From: Candidatus Sericytochromatia bacterium
Lineage (GTDB): Bacteria > Cyanobacteriota > Sericytochromatia > S15B-MN24 > JAQBPE01
Assembly: GCA_040400605.1 (NCBI GenBank)
Contig: JBBAPZ010000004.1
Span: forward strand, 144,821-208,820
DNA length: 64,000 nt
Reading direction: 5' to 3'
The notes beneath the pieces are model-generated. The model was not told where the DNA came from, did no database searches, and saw only the letters and a program-made list of their open reading frames with translations. Shown piece by piece: positions 20,603 through 29,166 of this stretch. A program made the translations under genes and the position numbers. Positions within the stretch are counted from its first letter, which is position 1, and the number at the start of each line of letters is the position of its first letter.

Positions 20603-21259
20603 TCACGACGCAGCAGCGGTCTCGCCTTTGCGATGGCGCCAGAGTTCGATCATCATCGGCGCGATGGAAATGGCGATGACAGCTAAAATCACCAGTTTGA
20701 AATTGGATTTGACGAACGGCAAGCCGCCAAAATAATAACCTGCAAAGACGAACAGGCTGATCCACAACCCGCCACCCAGGATCGAAAACATCAAAAAACG
20801 ACGATAACTCATGCGGCCAACGCCCGCCACAAACGGTGCAAAGGTTCGCACAATCGGGACAAAGCGCGCAATAACCAGTGTCTTTGCGCCGTAGCGCTCA
20901 AAATACGCATGCGTCTTGTCCAGATGCGACCGCCTGAAATAACGGTTTTTTTCCGCAGAAAAAACTTTTGGACCCACCTTTCGCCCAATCATGTAGTTCA
21001 GATTGTCGCCCAAAACAGCCGCACACCACAGCAACAGCCACAACCCCACGACATTGAATGGCAAGGACGCGCACAAAGCGCCCGCCGCGAACAGCAACGA
21101 ATCACCGGGCAAAAGGGGCGTTACAACCAAGCCAGTTTCACAAAAAATGATCCCGAACAAAATGACGTAAGTCAAACTGCCGTATTGCCCCGCCAGGTCG
21201 ATTAAATGCCTGTCCACGTGGATGAAGAGATCAACCCAGGTCTTTAAAACGTCCAACAT
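20603..21259 (-). CDS. dedA: DedA-family (VTT domain) membrane protein
   Basis: IFCETGLVVTPLLPGDSLLFAAG, ARFVPIVRTFAPFVAG. Confidence 0.95.
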   Translation of the reverse strand: MLDVLKTWVDLFIHVDRHLIDLAGQYGSLTYVILFGIIFCETGLVVTPLLPGDSLLFAAGALCASLPFNVVGLWLLLWCAAVLGDNLNYMIGRKVGPKVFSAEKNRYFRRSHLDKTHAYFERYGAKTLVIARFVPIVRTFAPFVAGVGRMSYRRFLMFSILGGGLWISLFVFAGYYFGGLPFVKSNFKLVILAVIAISIAPMMIELWRHRKGETAAAS

Positions 21260-21301
21260 GGTCTGATTCGCCCATTGCCCTCTCAAAAAAACAGCGACAC
21301 C

Positions 21302-22360
21302 TCAGGACTTTGAACGGGGCTCAGTCGCACTGCTGTTAGGTCGCGATTTGCGCCATACCGGTTCTGTGGGTGTTAATGGGTGCAAGAAAATCTTGATGCC
21401 GTTACGCATCAACACATCTTCCGTAAAGCGCTGCAGTTGCGCCTCATCAATGGCGTAAGCCCGATCCAGAAGCGGATTCAATTTGTGCAGGCTTGTTTTG
21501 ACCTCACCGTGCAATCTGGCCAATTCGTCTGTCGTCAACGCCACTTTCGGCAGTGCTTCGAGCGCCGGTTTAGCCTTGGTCAGCAGTGCTGGCGCATGTT
21601 CACGTGCCGCTTGCGCGACCGCCCCAACATCACGCAAGATGGCAGGTGATTGGTGCGCCAATTCTGCACTGAATCGATCCAGATTGGTGACACTGCGTCC
21701 CAGGGCGGCTTTATTCTGGCTTAGCAAAGTTGCACCATCTTGACTCACACTCGCCAGGTTTCGCCCGATTGTATCAATGTTTTTTCGATTGTTGCGCAAA
21801 ATATCTTCCAGTTCATCCGCGATGGCCGCTGCATTTCGAACCACCCCAGCCAGGCTTTCTTGTTCAGCGTCCAAGGTCTTGGCCAAGGTTCGCACAATGG
21901 TTGACACATCTTTGGGATTGACCTCGCGCAACAATGGCGCTGCCGCAGCCAGCAAATCATCCACTTCGACACTCGCCCGGGTTGTCTCAATGACATCCCC
22001 TGTGGCCAACAGTGCCGCATCACGAGAACGCGGCCGAAGTTCAACATATTTCTCACCCAGCAAAGACTTTGCACGTATCACCGCCTCAACGTCCTTGCGA
22101 ATCTGCGCCTCAGGCTTCAGATAAAGACTCACCACGGCTTTGTCGTGCTCAACCGCCAAGCCCTCGACGTGGCCCACTTGTACCCCGGCTACACTGACAG
22201 CAGCCTGCTTGACGAGGCCAGAAGCATTGACAAAGGAAGCCTTGACCCGGACACCACCGCCGAAGGATATGTTGCCAACCATCAATGTCATGTAGGCCAA
22301 TAAACCCGCAGATAGCAGAATGAAGCCGCCCAACATCCACTCATTGCGATAACTTGCCAC
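21302..22360 (-). CDS. MlaD/Mce-family protein with a long helical C-terminal region
   Basis: N-terminal TM, NASGL..AAVSVAGVQVGHV, SLLGEKYVELRP, followed by helical repeats. Confidence 0.9.
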   Translation of the reverse strand: MASYRNEWMLGGFILLSAGLLAYMTLMVGNISFGGGVRVKASFVNASGLVKQAAVSVAGVQVGHVEGLAVEHDKAVVSLYLKPEAQIRKDVEAVIRAKSLLGEKYVELRPRSRDAALLATGDVIETTRASVEVDDLLAAAAPLLREVNPKDVSTIVRTLAKTLDAEQESLAGVVRNAAAIADELEDILRNNRKNIDTIGRNLASVSQDGATLLSQNKAALGRSVTNLDRFSAELAHQSPAILRDVGAVAQAAREHAPALLTKAKPALEALPKVALTTDELARLHGEVKTSLHKLNPLLDRAYAIDEAQLQRFTEDVLMRNGIKIFLHPLTPTEPVWRKSRPNSSATEPRSKS

Positions 22361-22381
22361 GCCGTTGCCTTCCTGTCTGTC

Positions 22382-23128
22382 TCACACTACCTGAATGGGG
22401 CCATCCGCACTGCGCGAAAAGAACTGTTGCAAAATGGGGTTGTCTGAATGACGAATCGCACGTGCTTCGCCGTCGGCAATCAACTTGCTCTTATATAACA
22501 TGGCGATGCGATCGGCAATCTGAAAAGTACCCTCCAGGTCGTGCGAAATGACTACAAACGTCAATCCCAATTCCCGTTGCATCTGCAAAATCAACTTGTC
22601 GATCGCATCACTCATCACCGGATCCAGCCCGGAATTGGGTTCGTCAAACAAAACTACCGCAGGCTCCAGTGCCAATGCTCGCGCGATCCCCACGCGCTTG
22701 CGCATGCCGCCTGACAGTTCCCCGGGAAATTTTTTCGCCGCACCCGGCAATCCCACCTGACTCAGTTTTCGCCGAACGACTTCCTTGATTTCCTGCGCCG
22801 TCTTGCGTGTATGCTGCTCCAACGGAAACGCAATGTTCTCTTCAACGGTCATCGAATCGAATAAAGCCCCGTCCTGAAACAACATGCCAAATTTTTTTCG
22901 AACCTCAAACAGATCCGTTTCAGCCAGTGTCGTGATATCCTGCCCGTCTACCAAAATTTGACCTGCGTCCGGTTTCAATAAACCGACCAACAACTTGATG
23001 AAGACACTTTTGCCCGTTCCGGAGGGGCCAATGATCACGGTTGTTTGCCCTTTGGGGATAACCAGACTGACATCGTCAAGCACCTTTTGTGCACCAAAAG
23101 ACTTGGATACACGCCTGAATTCAATCAC
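22382..23128 (-). CDS. mlaF: MlaF/Mkl-family ABC ATPase
   Basis: GPSGTGKS, LFQDGALFDSMTV, LSGGMRKRVGIARAL, DEPNSGLDP. Confidence 0.93.
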   Translation of the reverse strand: MIEFRRVSKSFGAQKVLDDVSLVIPKGQTTVIIGPSGTGKSVFIKLLVGLLKPDAGQILVDGQDITTLAETDLFEVRKKFGMLFQDGALFDSMTVEENIAFPLEQHTRKTAQEIKEVVRRKLSQVGLPGAAKKFPGELSGGMRKRVGIARALALEPAVVLFDEPNSGLDPVMSDAIDKLILQMQRELGLTFVVISHDLEGTFQIADRIAMLYKSKLIADGEARAIRHSDNPILQQFFSRSADGPIQVV

Positions 23129-23167
23129 GGATTGCCCTCCGGTTCGAATTGGTTGAACGCATTACCA

Positions 23168-23938
23168 TCAATACATCCACTCCGTCAGCACGTAATTCAT
23201 CAATACCAAGGTGGTGCATCCAACGACTACAGCCAGGTTGATGGCGCGACTCACCCCCGCAGGGCCCGGCGCCGAATAATAGCCATAAAAACACGATACC
23301 ATGCACACAATCAGCGCAAACACTTCGGCGCGCACGATACCCTTGTAAAGGTCAGATACCGTTAAAAATCGCACAACATCCGCCATGAAGACACCGGGGT
23401 TCAAGCCCAACTGGTAGACCGAGGCCAAAAATCCGCCTCCGATGGCCGACACGATGGCAACCGCCAACAAGCCCGGCGTGACCAACAGGTGCGCGAGTAC
23501 GCGTGGCACCACCAGATACCAATACGGGTTAACGGCCATCACTTCGAGCGCATCAATTTGTTCTTTCACACGCATGGAAGCAATCGTCGCCGAAATCTCC
23601 GTCCCGGGTTTGGCGGCAAGAACCGCACCGACAATGATCGGTGCCAGACCAATCACGGTGGACAATCCGACATATATTCCCAACATATCCTGCGCGCCGA
23701 ACTGTTTGAAAATGGCGTGCCCCACCAATGCCAAATTGGCACCGATAAAAAACAGGATGCACGCCAAAATGCCAACCGTGTTCACGCCGATGCGCACACT
23801 TTGCTTGACCACTTCGCGCCATGAAGGCGATCGCCTGACGAACGCCCGCAACACCGTGACACAAAAAAAAGCCATTCGGCCAATCAGCGCCAATAAAACA
23901 ACCATCGGATTCAACAGTGCATTGCTCATCTGACCCAT
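23168..23938 (-). CDS. MlaE/YrbE-family ABC permease (second copy)
   Basis: MRVKEQIDALEVMAVNP..YLVVPR, G..GVSRA. Start placed at ATG 23938, overlapping the upstream stop (TGATG). Confidence 0.92.
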   Translation of the reverse strand: MGQMSNALLNPMVVLLALIGRMAFFCVTVLRAFVRRSPSWREVVKQSVRIGVNTVGILACILFFIGANLALVGHAIFKQFGAQDMLGIYVGLSTVIGLAPIIVGAVLAAKPGTEISATIASMRVKEQIDALEVMAVNPYWYLVVPRVLAHLLVTPGLLAVAIVSAIGGGFLASVYQLGLNPGVFMADVVRFLTVSDLYKGIVRAEVFALIVCMVSCFYGYYSAPGPAGVSRAINLAVVVGCTTLVLMNYVLTEWMY

Positions 23939-24681
23939 CACGCGAAGACTTTCATGATCAATGTGGTCAAGCAGTAATTCAAAACCGCCACTGCAACGAT
24001 GGACTGAACGACCGTGTTGTTGGCGGCTTGGCCCACCCCAACTGCCCCACCGCGGACATGATAACCGTAATAACACGCAATAAACGCGACGGCGCCACCG
24101 AAGACCACGCTTTTGAACAAGCCCGAATAAATATCCGTGATAGAGACGAAATTTAACAAATTGGCCACAAAAACACCGTAATTCTGCCCCTTCGCCAAGA
24201 CTGCCACGCCCATGCCCCCTAGCATGCCAGCGACCGTTGCGATGACACAGATAAATGGGCATACGAACGCCAACGCCAGCAACCGTGGCACAATCAGATA
24301 TTTGATGGGATCCACCGACATCACGCCAAGTGCATCGATTTCCTCTTTGACCCGCATGGTGCCAACCTCACCTGCGATCGCCGATCCGGCCTGCGATGCG
24401 ATCATAATCCCGGCCAAACTGGGCGCCAACTCACGAATGATGCCTTGTGCCAACAAACTTGACAACAAACGCTCCGTGCCAAAAAGCGTCATCACCTTGA
24501 GTCCCATCAAAGCGGCAATCATGCCGGTTGGCACCAGAATGGCCACAACCGGTATCACGCACTGATAGGCCACCCGATTGGCCGATCGCACGACCTCACG
24601 CGGATAAAACGGCGGCGACAACAAAGCCGACCCAATTTGTCCGGCAAAGTGCCACCCGTCTCGAAGTCTCGACCACTGCAC
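23938..24681 (-). CDS. mlaE: MlaE/YrbE-family ABC permease
   Basis: IRELAP, GTMRVKEEIDALGVMSVDPIKYLIVPR, GGAVGVGQA. Confidence 0.93.
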   Translation of the reverse strand: MQWSRLRDGWHFAGQIGSALLSPPFYPREVVRSANRVAYQCVIPVVAILVPTGMIAALMGLKVMTLFGTERLLSSLLAQGIIRELAPSLAGIMIASQAGSAIAGEVGTMRVKEEIDALGVMSVDPIKYLIVPRLLALAFVCPFICVIATVAGMLGGMGVAVLAKGQNYGVFVANLLNFVSITDIYSGLFKSVVFGGAVAFIACYYGYHVRGGAVGVGQAANNTVVQSIVAVAVLNYCLTTLIMKVFA

Positions 24682-24952
24682 CCGTTAAACCCTCACCCAC
24701 TTGAGACGCTACAGCTTGGCTCGCTTTGGCTGTTATACCCCATCTCAGGCGATCATGCATCGCCAAATCGCTACTGAAGGAGGTGTTCATTGGGGGAGTT
24801 GGGCAAGTCAGATTGTGACGATTGTTGGACACATAATCCAATCTAACCGAAGCGACTCGCCTGATTTTAAACGCTTCGCTCGGGAAAACCGGAATCATCC
24901 GCTGCTTTTACCGAAGCGTTTCACGCAGTTGTGGCTTGAACGGGCACGGATC

Positions 24953-26830
24953 TCAAGAATCTGTTTGTTCGCATTGGTTTGTTGCCGCTTCAAACGGCAG
25001 ACCAAACAAACGCACCGTCGCTTGGCGCCCTTTTACCCGTACTTCGCCCAGATCCTCCGGTTCGAATGCGGTGCCGAGCAATTCCCGCGTTCGGCCGCTC
25101 AGAAGCACGTAACCCGGGTATTCCTTGGTTAGCCCTTCCAAACGCGAGGCGACGTTGATCGCATCCCCAATGACGCCAAATTCCATCTTTTTGGGTGATC
25201 CCAAATTGCCCACAACGGCATCACCGGTGTTGAGACCGATACCGATGTCGATTCGTGGAAAGCCTTGCGCTTGCCAAGCAGCACGACACTGCGCAAGCCG
25301 GGCCTGCATGCCAATCGCCGCGCGGGCCGCACGATTCGCCCCCTCTTGTGGTGACAGGCGCTCGACATTGCCCCATACCGCGAGAATCGCATCGCCGATG
25401 TATTTGTCAATGCACCCGCCTGATTCCAGAATGACATCGGCCATTTCGGTGAGATAAACGTTTAAAAAACGCACGACCTCTTCTGGGCTGTGTGCCTCGG
25501 ATATCGTGGTAAAACTGCGAATGTCTGAAAACAACACGGTCACCTCGCGCCGCTCTCCACCCAAATTTGGCAACATATCAGGGGATTTGAGGATGTGCTC
25601 CACAATCTGGCTGGATACGTAACGCTCGAAGGTTTGCCGCAACTCACGCCTGGCTGCCTCCGAACGCAAGAGGTGGATCACCAGGTTCCAAACGTAAACC
25701 GTCAGCAAAAGCCCCACCGGCGCGATAAAGTCGAACCACAAGCCAAAAGATGAGAACGCCACGGCGCTGAGCGTCACAACCAACGCAGCCAGGGTTAGAC
25801 CAATCAACAAAGCGCTTCGAGGACGCAAGCTGGCAAACAATGGCCCAAGCAGCATCCCCAGTATCAGCAACACAGCGGCTTGACTTCGCAGCGGCAGTTC
25901 CCGAATGGGATCGTTGGCCAGTCGGGTGGCGATCGCATTGGCATGTATCTCAACGCCCGGCATGTACGACGCCGCTCCCTCGCCCGTCACGGTCGCTGTA
26001 TACGGTGTCGGATACAGGTCCTGTAACCGTGTCGAGGCCGCGCCCACCAACACCACCTGCCCCCTAAAAAGCGCCAGGCGCGCGTCGTGCCCTTGACGGA
26101 TGGCATCCAATACGGCAGACAGTGACGCACTCGGGAAAGTTCCACCGGGTCCCCGGTAATGAATCAACCAAGGTGCCCAATCTTCACGCTTGGCAAGTGG
26201 AAACCCCTGTTTTTGGGCCAAGCGGGCGACCACCTCATCAAACGATGGTTTCCAAACCATTTCCGTTGGCCGATCCGGCCGCACGCACGCAAAACGCCGC
26301 GCCATCCGATGAATGGCGCCATCCGCATCCAGTTGAAAATTGACAATCCCGCTCGCCGCCACCGCGTGCAAGCCGGGTGTCGGTTCTACCAAGCTATGGC
26401 TTGACATGCCTGCATGCCCCAGGGGCTGTATATTGGCTGCCAATACCACGTGATTGGGATGACGCGTCAAGGCTCCAATCAAGCGCGCATCATCAGGCGT
26501 GGATTCTGCGAACGCAATGTCAAAGGCAACCACGTGCGCGCCGGCACGCATCAAACCATCCACCAGCGAGGCGTAGGTCCGGCGCGGCAGCGGCCAACGC
26601 CCCAAATCTTCCAATGTCGCCTCATCGATGAGCACCAACGCAACGGGCGCACCCGGTGCAACCGGCCCCCGCCACTCATACAGCCAGTGATAACCCCACC
26701 ACGAACTTCGGGCAAGCACACCCGTTGCAACCAAAGCAAGCCACACGGCGCCTATCACAAGCCCCGCGGCACCTGACCGGAGCCACGCACCGTTTAAGTG
26801 CCTCATTACAGTTGACCCAGTATCGATCAA
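24953..26830 (-). CDS. CHASE2-domain class III adenylate/guanylate cyclase
   Basis: CHASE2 motifs IDEATL..LGRWP, FDI, DADG, QD.YPTP and PGVEIHA; three TM segments; cyclase motifs LFSDIRSFT, DKYIGDA, GIGLNTG and IGDAINVASRLE. Confidence 0.93.
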   Translation of the reverse strand: MIDTGSTVMRHLNGAWLRSGAAGLVIGAVWLALVATGVLARSSWWGYHWLYEWRGPVAPGAPVALVLIDEATLEDLGRWPLPRRTYASLVDGLMRAGAHVVAFDIAFAESTPDDARLIGALTRHPNHVVLAANIQPLGHAGMSSHSLVEPTPGLHAVAASGIVNFQLDADGAIHRMARRFACVRPDRPTEMVWKPSFDEVVARLAQKQGFPLAKREDWAPWLIHYRGPGGTFPSASLSAVLDAIRQGHDARLALFRGQVVLVGAASTRLQDLYPTPYTATVTGEGAASYMPGVEIHANAIATRLANDPIRELPLRSQAAVLLILGMLLGPLFASLRPRSALLIGLTLAALVVTLSAVAFSSFGLWFDFIAPVGLLLTVYVWNLVIHLLRSEAARRELRQTFERYVSSQIVEHILKSPDMLPNLGGERREVTVLFSDIRSFTTISEAHSPEEVVRFLNVYLTEMADVILESGGCIDKYIGDAILAVWGNVERLSPQEGANRAARAAIGMQARLAQCRAAWQAQGFPRIDIGIGLNTGDAVVGNLGSPKKMEFGVIGDAINVASRLEGLTKEYPGYVLLSGRTRELLGTAFEPEDLGEVRVKGRQATVRLFGLPFEAATNQCEQTDS

Positions 26831-28227
26831 GGCGTTGACGTGTTGCGCTGAGCCAAGCGGCTATGCCGCACGCCGTATGAAAAATAACAAACAATGCCGA
26901 TGACTGACCAAATGGCGAACAGTTTCCACGTCTGTGGCGATAAACTAAGCATCATCCAACTGCACGAAAACACGGTGAAACCGGCCACCAGCGGCAGCAA
27001 TGGCGAGCGAAAGCCACGCTTCAGTTCTGGCTCCTGAATGCGCAACAACCACACCCCGATCGCCACCACGATGAAAGCGGATAAAGTACCGATGTTGGTC
27101 ATCTCCGCTATCTCATCCAGACGCAAAAATCCGGTGATGAGTGCAACCGCCACACCGTTGATCAGCGTGGCCAACCAAGGCGTGCAGAATCGGGGATGAA
27201 CCTGACTGAACACCGACGGCAAGAGGCCATCACGCGCCATCGCAAACCAGATGCGCGGCATGCCCATCATCAAGACCATGATGACACTGGTCAGCCCAAA
27301 AATTGCACCAAATGAAATGAGCGCGGACCACTTCGCCTCGCCGACCGCAGCGAGTGCGCGTGCCAGCGGCGCAGCATCATTCAGGACCGTGTAAGGCACC
27401 ATGCCTGTCATAACCGCTGCCACCACGATGTAGAAAACCGTGCAGACAACCAGCGACATCAAGATTCCCAGCGGCAAGTCACGCTGGGGGTTGCGAGACT
27501 CTTCGGCTGTCGTCGCGACGGCATCAAAACCGATGTACGCAAAAAAGATCAGCGCTCCCCCCGTGACCACGCCCTGAAACCCAAATGGCATAAAAGGTTG
27601 CCAATTGGCAGGCTGAACGTGCGGCAATGCGACGAGGACAAAAAGCAGCAACACCCCAATCTTTAAGGCCACGAACGCGCTGTTGACCCGCACGCTTTCT
27701 CGGACGCCGATAACGAGCAACGCGGTGACCACCAAGGCAATGATTGCAGCAGGCAAATTGACGTAACCGGGGTTCACGCTTTCAAGCGGGGAACGCGTCA
27801 GCGCATCGGGTAGTCCCAAATTCAACTGATGTAAAATCTTGTTAAGGTACCCGGACCATCCACTGGCCACGGCGGCACTGGCAACGGTATATTCCAACAC
27901 CAAAAACCACCCGATCATCCATGCCGGAAACTCTCCCATTGTCGTGTAAGTGTAAGCGTAGGCACTGCCAGCAGCAGGAATCATCGAGGCCAGTTCCGCA
28001 TAACACAAAGCGGCACACAGACACGCCAGACCGACCAACACGAACGACAGCATAATGCCGGGACCGGCCACTTGCGCACCTTTGCCAGCGATGACAAAAA
28101 TGCCTGCGCCGATGATGGCCCCGATACCCAGAATCGTGAGGTCAAAAGCCCCTAACGATCGTTTGAGCCCACTGTCTTGAGCACCATTACAATCAATGGG
28201 CTTGCGCTTGAACATTTGCTGCCACAT
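26827..28227 (-). CDS. APC-family amino acid permease (CAT/YfnA-like)
   Basis: GIGAIIGAGIF, CYAELASMIP.AGSAY, FFAYIGFD, AEE.RNPQRDLP. Start placed at ATG 28227 after AAGGA. Confidence 0.95.
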   Translation of the reverse strand: MWQQMFKRKPIDCNGAQDSGLKRSLGAFDLTILGIGAIIGAGIFVIAGKGAQVAGPGIMLSFVLVGLACLCAALCYAELASMIPAAGSAYAYTYTTMGEFPAWMIGWFLVLEYTVASAAVASGWSGYLNKILHQLNLGLPDALTRSPLESVNPGYVNLPAAIIALVVTALLVIGVRESVRVNSAFVALKIGVLLLFVLVALPHVQPANWQPFMPFGFQGVVTGGALIFFAYIGFDAVATTAEESRNPQRDLPLGILMSLVVCTVFYIVVAAVMTGMVPYTVLNDAAPLARALAAVGEAKWSALISFGAIFGLTSVIMVLMMGMPRIWFAMARDGLLPSVFSQVHPRFCTPWLATLINGVAVALITGFLRLDEIAEMTNIGTLSAFIVVAIGVWLLRIQEPELKRGFRSPLLPLVAGFTVFSCSWMMLSLSPQTWKLFAIWSVIGIVCYFSYGVRHSRLAQRNTSTP

Positions 28228-28380
28228 GCCTGTCAATCCTTTCCCCCGCCTGGCTGAACCCAAGTATTCTAACCGGTTCCTGCCGAGGCGTGTTAACGCG
28301 CGCAGCAATCTCACTGGCTGGCCACGTTATGTTATGATGGTGCAGCGTGTTGGTAGTGACAGACGCAAGAGGGTGTTTTT

Positions 28381-28797
28381 ATGGAACGCGATCGCCTGAT
28401 TTATGAAACTGCCGTGCAATTGTCTGATGCTGCGGGGTTGGTGTCACGCTGCAGCAAGCCGTGTGTATTGGATGACTCGATGCGCAAGCGCCTCTTTGAG
28501 ACGGCAGCAGTTTTACACGAATTCGGGCTCGCGCAGCGCGGCGCAAGCGGTGCCTGGCGATTGCAAGGGGTTGCCTTGACGCTTCAGGAACAGATGGGGG
28601 CTTTATGCAACCAGGCGGACTTGATAGAATGGATTGGCAGAGCTGAAACCGCCTTGGCCATGCTTGCTCAAACGGAGCCTCATCCGAGCAATTTGGTCTG
28701 GCATCCCGCCCATTTGGCGTGGCTTGAGGAATTTCTGCTTGATTGTTGCCATCATCTCTTGCGTGCAGTGGTCACGCAACGGCACGCCCCTCGCTGA
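28381..28797 (+). CDS. Hypothetical protein
   Basis: GAGGG RBS before ATG; 138-aa ORF divergent from the permease; no known motif. Confidence 0.6.
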   Translation: MERDRLIYETAVQLSDAAGLVSRCSKPCVLDDSMRKRLFETAAVLHEFGLAQRGASGAWRLQGVALTLQEQMGALCNQADLIEWIGRAETALAMLAQTEPHPSNLVWHPAHLAWLEEFLLDCCHHLLRAVVTQRHAPR

Positions 28798-28814
28798 CCG
28801 GGAAGTGATTCAAA

Positions 28815-29165
28815 ATGCACGAACAAACGCCGCCCAACGATACCTTTGTGATACCGGAATCTGACGGCGCGCTTGAACAACCGGTGGTTGACACACCTAT
28901 CGAGGGTGATGAACGGTTGCAACGCGCGTCGCGACCGTTTGAAAATGTCAAAGGCATTCATCCTGAGTTGTTGTGTCAATGTCCGGAGTGCGAGCCTGAA
29001 CACGTCGAACTGCAGTGGTTTTCGCCTGAAGAGGTCCGTAAGCAGAAGGGTGATGCGATGCTCTATTGTCAGCGCAGCAGTCGCAAGTACTTTACGCCGA
29101 TCCTTGACCTGAATCGTTGGCTGGCCAGTCGGGCACCTGTTAGCCGGCGTCGAACCAAGGACTGA
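28815..29165 (+). CDS. Hypothetical protein, possibly Cys-coordinated metal binding
   Basis: 116 aa, 17 nt after the previous ORF; contains CQCPEC and a later Cys. Confidence 0.6.
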   Translation: MHEQTPPNDTFVIPESDGALEQPVVDTPIEGDERLQRASRPFENVKGIHPELLCQCPECEPEHVELQWFSPEEVRKQKGDAMLYCQRSSRKYFTPILDLNRWLASRAPVSRRRTKD

Positions 29166-29166
29166 A

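Noticed and set aside
23939..24262. N-terminal extension of the 364-aa ORF 23168-24262
   Set aside because: It overlaps the upstream mlaE in another frame; permease similarity starts near ATG 23938.
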